A DNA stretch of 64,000 nucleotides from Nitrospira sp. (GTDB lineage Bacteria; Nitrospirota; Nitrospiria; Nitrospirales; Nitrospiraceae), in contig JADJXO010000007.1 of the NCBI GenBank assembly GCA_016715825.1, forward strand, positions 24,421 through 88,420. The letters are read 5' to 3'. A program made the position numbers and the translations under genes. The notes under the pieces are model-generated. The model searched no databases and had not been told where the DNA came from. It saw nothing but the letters and a program-made list of their open reading frames with translations. Positions 61,167 to 64,000 of the stretch are shown here, in pieces (within the stretch, counting starts at the first letter, position 1; the number at the start of each line of letters is the position of its first letter).

Positions 61167-61385
61167 ATGCAGTTATCACGTATCAAAGGGGGCGCCATGG
61201 AACAGAGGTTGACATTGATCAAAGCTTCCGCCGCAGCACCGGATGTCCAGCTCCTTTCGAAGCAGGGATGCGTCCATGGCCGCCTGATTGACGAGGTACG
61301 GACGAGGGGAGGAAAACGGACCGGCAAGGTCCGTTGCCTGGAATGCCAGGCCATCATCGACGATCCTTACCAGGGCATGAAGTAA
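61167..61385 (+). CDS. Small putative metal-binding protein (CxH...CxxC)
   Basis: SD AGGAGG; QGCVHGRLID...KVRCLECQAIIDDP. Confidence 0.72.
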   Translation: MQLSRIKGGAMEQRLTLIKASAAAPDVQLLSKQGCVHGRLIDEVRTRGGKRTGKVRCLECQAIIDDPYQGMK

Positions 61386-61491
61386 GAGTCGATTCTTATC
61401 GGTAAGGCCATAGTCACGTTCATTCTTTCGTCCAGACCAGAGTGAATGGGTGTGAGTGTTCCCTTGAAAGGATTTGGTTGCGCAAGGGCGG

Positions 61492-61509
61492 GATAGGCAA
61501 ATTCCTACT
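61492..61509. promoter_or_regulatory. Operator palindrome copy E (GATAGG-N6-CCTACT)
   Basis: Perfect TAGG-N6-CCTA core upstream of the 61766 gene. Confidence 0.55.
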
Positions 61510-61564
61510 CTTCCACGGTCTCCTCCTTAGAGTTTCAACGCCACCAGGACAAATTCTGTTCACT

Positions 61565-61582
61565 TCTAGCCGATTGCCTAGT
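61565..61582. promoter_or_regulatory. Operator palindrome copy F (TCTAGC-N6-CCTAGT)
   Basis: 2 mismatches; followed after 3 nt by TTAGG exactly as in copy B. Confidence 0.62.
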
Positions 61583-61765
61583 GTCTTAGGGAATGGGAAC
61601 CTGTAATGGTAAACGTGATGATTGTGGGGTTCTGAGGGGTCATGGGAGAAGGGATGTTGAGTTTCAGAACGAGCCATCACAATTTCGTAACCGATCAATG
61701 TGTCCTGAACGGTGCGAAACTCGGGGATCGAGGAGGGCACACGGAAAGAAAGAAGGAGGCATCTC

Positions 61766-62116
61766 ATGCGTACTTTCACATGGTTGGGGGCTCTGCTTTT
61801 CATCACCTTGTTACTGGCCACGCAGAGTGAGGCGGGCGGGCATCCGAAGTTGGCGGATACTGCCACGAGCGATCATCACGATCTCGCGATGTACTATGAG
61901 GAAGAGGCTCAGAAGAACAAGAGCAAAGCGATGGATTGGGAGTTTGCGGCTGATTACTTTGAAAAGTTTCCAGATGCGTACACCGGGAAAATGAAGGTGT
62001 CAGAGCATATCGCGTCGTTGCGTGAGGCTGCTGCGGATTTTCGGAAAACTGCGGAGAAGGACCAGCAACTGGCCAGCAAACACCGGGCGATGATGCGACA
62101 GGGCGTGGGGCCTTGA
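61766..62116 (+). CDS. Small secreted helical His/Met-containing protein
   Basis: SD AGGAGG; signal peptide ending QSEA; DHHDLAMYYEEEA...EHIASLREAA...SKHRAMM. Confidence 0.8.
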   Translation: MRTFTWLGALLFITLLLATQSEAGGHPKLADTATSDHHDLAMYYEEEAQKNKSKAMDWEFAADYFEKFPDAYTGKMKVSEHIASLREAAADFRKTAEKDQQLASKHRAMMRQGVGP

Positions 62117-62527
62117 TGCGAAAGATGGCATCTGCGGGGTCGTCCGTGCGTTGAGACCCGTCGATGGGGGCGGCGTCAGGAGAAGAAGGGCCGCCCCGCC
62201 TCTCGTTTGGTTGTCGGGATTCGGCCGCAATCGTTTTCCCATGCCGTCCTGTTCCTAGTGCCTTCTTGCCGGAGGGCCAGGAACCATCCTAGTTCTCTTG
62301 TCGATTTCGTTTTCGTACATTGTCGAATAAGAAAGGTACGCATTTGTCGGATACCTCGTGATGGCTCGCATTATTCTAATACGCGGGCTGTAACCGAGGC
62401 GGCGGAAGCCTGTTGTGATGTGCTTGCGTGCAGGCCGGGGCGTGAGCCGCAGAAGGAGGAGAGGAAGCGCATGGTAGATCCTCTGGTCGACTCTAGACCA
62501 CGACTCATACGGGTGACGTGGGTGGCA

Positions 62528-62826
62528 GGTGCGCTGGTCGCCGATGTGATGGAGGATAACCCGGCGAGCAAGGCCGGCTTTGAGCGAGGGGACATTATCA
62601 CGGAGCTTGACGGCAAGCCGGTGAGAGATCCGACCCATCTGCGCACGCTTGTGGCGGACTCGGCACCGGGGACGAAGGTGACGTGGTCCGGGAGGTCAAT
62701 CGTCAGGCCGTGACATCGGTCGAAGAGTTTGAAAAGGAAGTCGGCAAGCTGAAAGCAAAAGACCGGGTGCTCTTATTGGTGACGAGGGGACGGGCCACGA
62801 TCTATCTGGCGATCACGCCTGAGTGA
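62528..62826 (+). pseudogene. Remnant of a DegP/HtrA protease: PDZ1 fragment fused out of frame to the end of PDZ2
   Basis: GALVADVMEDNPASKAGFERGDIITELDGKPV...PGTKV, then in another frame EVNRQAVTSVEEFEKEV...VLLLVTRGRATIYLAI*; no protease domain or start. Confidence 0.85.
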
Positions 62827-62877
62827 GTTCTGGAATGCCTGGAGGGGGACGTCTGCATTGTCGAGGTAGGAGGTCGC

Positions 62878-63309
62878 ATGAGCAAACCGCACATTCTGTT
62901 GGCCGATGATCATCCGCACATGCTGGCGAATCTCTGCCGCTTGGCGGATAAAGCCGGCGAGGTCGTCGGAGCGGTCACGGACGGGCGGGCGGCGGTGGAC
63001 GTCTCGCGTCGCCTTCGTCCCGATGTCGTCGTGTTGGATCTCATCATGCCGAGAGTCGGCGGGCTCGATGCGGCGCGGGCGATCCGAAAGGACTTACCGG
63101 ATTGCCGGGTTGTTGTGTGCACTGTTCATGCAAACGAGAACACCAAAGACGAAGCGTTTGCCGCCGGTGCGGTCGGGTTCGTGCGGAAACAATCGGCCCA
63201 CTCAGATCTCGTGCCGGCCATCCATGCGGCTTTGGCCGGCGAAACGTTCGTCAGTCCGTCGCTGGAACATTATGCCGCACCACCGCCGAAGAATAGCGAT
63301 AGCGGCTGA
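62878..63309 (+). CDS. Single-domain response regulator (NarL-type receiver without HTH)
   Basis: LADDH, VVLDLIMP, VCTVH, GFVRK; ends after the receiver; SD GGAGG. Confidence 0.88.
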   Translation: MSKPHILLADDHPHMLANLCRLADKAGEVVGAVTDGRAAVDVSRRLRPDVVVLDLIMPRVGGLDAARAIRKDLPDCRVVVCTVHANENTKDEAFAAGAVGFVRKQSAHSDLVPAIHAALAGETFVSPSLEHYAAPPPKNSDSG

Positions 63310-63444
63310 CCCCTATACGAGTCGCAGAGTGCTAAAGCCGAAATAGCGTTAGAGTGTTACTAAAATCCCACGTGCTTCCTCCAAACAGAGCACCGCCGTG
63401 CGTGAGTTTAGCTCAAAAGTATTGGAACTTAGAAAGGACGATAC

Positions 63445-64000
63445 ATGACGCCAGAGACCTCACTCTCGAAACGAGAATTGCTTCTTCTTACTTCCCTCTT
63501 TCTTTTTGAATCGGCGATCGCGGTTTTTCTGATCGCGCTCCACCTGAAAGGAGAAAGGTCTTTCCAAGGTTTTCTTCCCAGCAGGCCGGGGCTGGTGTTT
63601 CTGTGTGCGGTCGTTGTCTTTGTCATGAGTGGCGCGGATCTCGTTCACCGGTATCTGGTCGACAAACGATCGCCTACGGGTCGCTTTCATCTGGTGGTGA
63701 TGATGAATGTCGTCAGTGTGCTGGTGATTGTGATCACGGGTGAAATCGTCGTGAGAACCGGTTCTCGAAGTCACATGGATGGCGAAGTGTTCGGCAACGT
63801 GGTGTTGAAGCCGAGAAGCTGGGACAAGGCAAGATCACGTCTCCTTCCTAAGTACGTCACTTCCAATCATTCTCGTTATTTGGATTATGATGACGGGATG
63901 GGGTGGACCGTCGTGCCAAACCAGTGCAGCTCGGACGGTCTTTACTGTTCAAGCGTGGAAGGGGCCCGGGCTCCCCAGAAGGGAGTCGTGTTCCCCAAGA
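63445..64000 (+). CDS. Membrane-anchored protein, possibly SGNH/GDSL-type, 3' end outside window
   Basis: Hand translation from ATG 63445 (AAGGA upstream) is open to the edge: three TM helices, GEIVVR, then YDDGMGWTVVPN, typical of the part preceding SGNH domains. Confidence 0.6.
   Translation, partial: MTPETSLSKRELLLLTSLFLFESAIAVFLIALHLKGERSFQGFLPSRPGLVFLCAVVVFVMSGADLVHRYLVDKRSPTGRFHLVVMMNVVSVLVIVITGEIVVRTGSRSHMDGEVFGNVVLKPRSWDKARSRLLPKYVTSNHSRYLDYDDGMGWTVVPNQCSSDGLYCSSVEGARAPQKGVVFPK

Noticed and set aside
62207-62713. 168-aa ORF as an intact PDZ protein
   Set aside because: First 107 codons are unrelated sequence; the PDZ part is truncated and out of frame with its C-terminus.

Overview
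64 kb of a bacterial chromosome, very probably Nitrospira. This is inferred from the gene families, a 122-bp palindromic element typical of the genus and many small CxxC proteins; a Rh-type ammonium transporter points to a clade A comammox strain. The left half is mostly housekeeping: a TPP riboswitch-thiC-thi4 block continuing into TPR, pseudo-receiver, ygfZ and truncated-globin genes, then nadA, ileS-lspA, uppP, an ECF sigma/anti-sigma pair, aas, a frameshifted MutS-like gene and prmA. The middle holds pilT, thiD, Rh50 and an ion/osmotic homeostasis block. The right end is a signalling island built around a 7-PAS NarL-type two-component pair. Two things stand out that gene calls do not explain. 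(1) The 3' end of pilT occurs three times as diverged alleles (29564, 27821, 26845), each followed by different accessory cargo (secreted lectin-like protein; BrnTA toxin-antitoxin; PIN-like protein plus lipoprotein), with no integrase in the window, which looks like a stack of gene-capture events anchored on pilT. (2) An 18-bp palindrome ACTAGG-N6-CCTAGT recurs six times, in three pairs, in the promoter regions of the signalling island, defining a candidate autoregulated regulon of uncharacterised small secreted and zinc-ribbon proteins. No database searches were run; family calls rest on recognised motifs.
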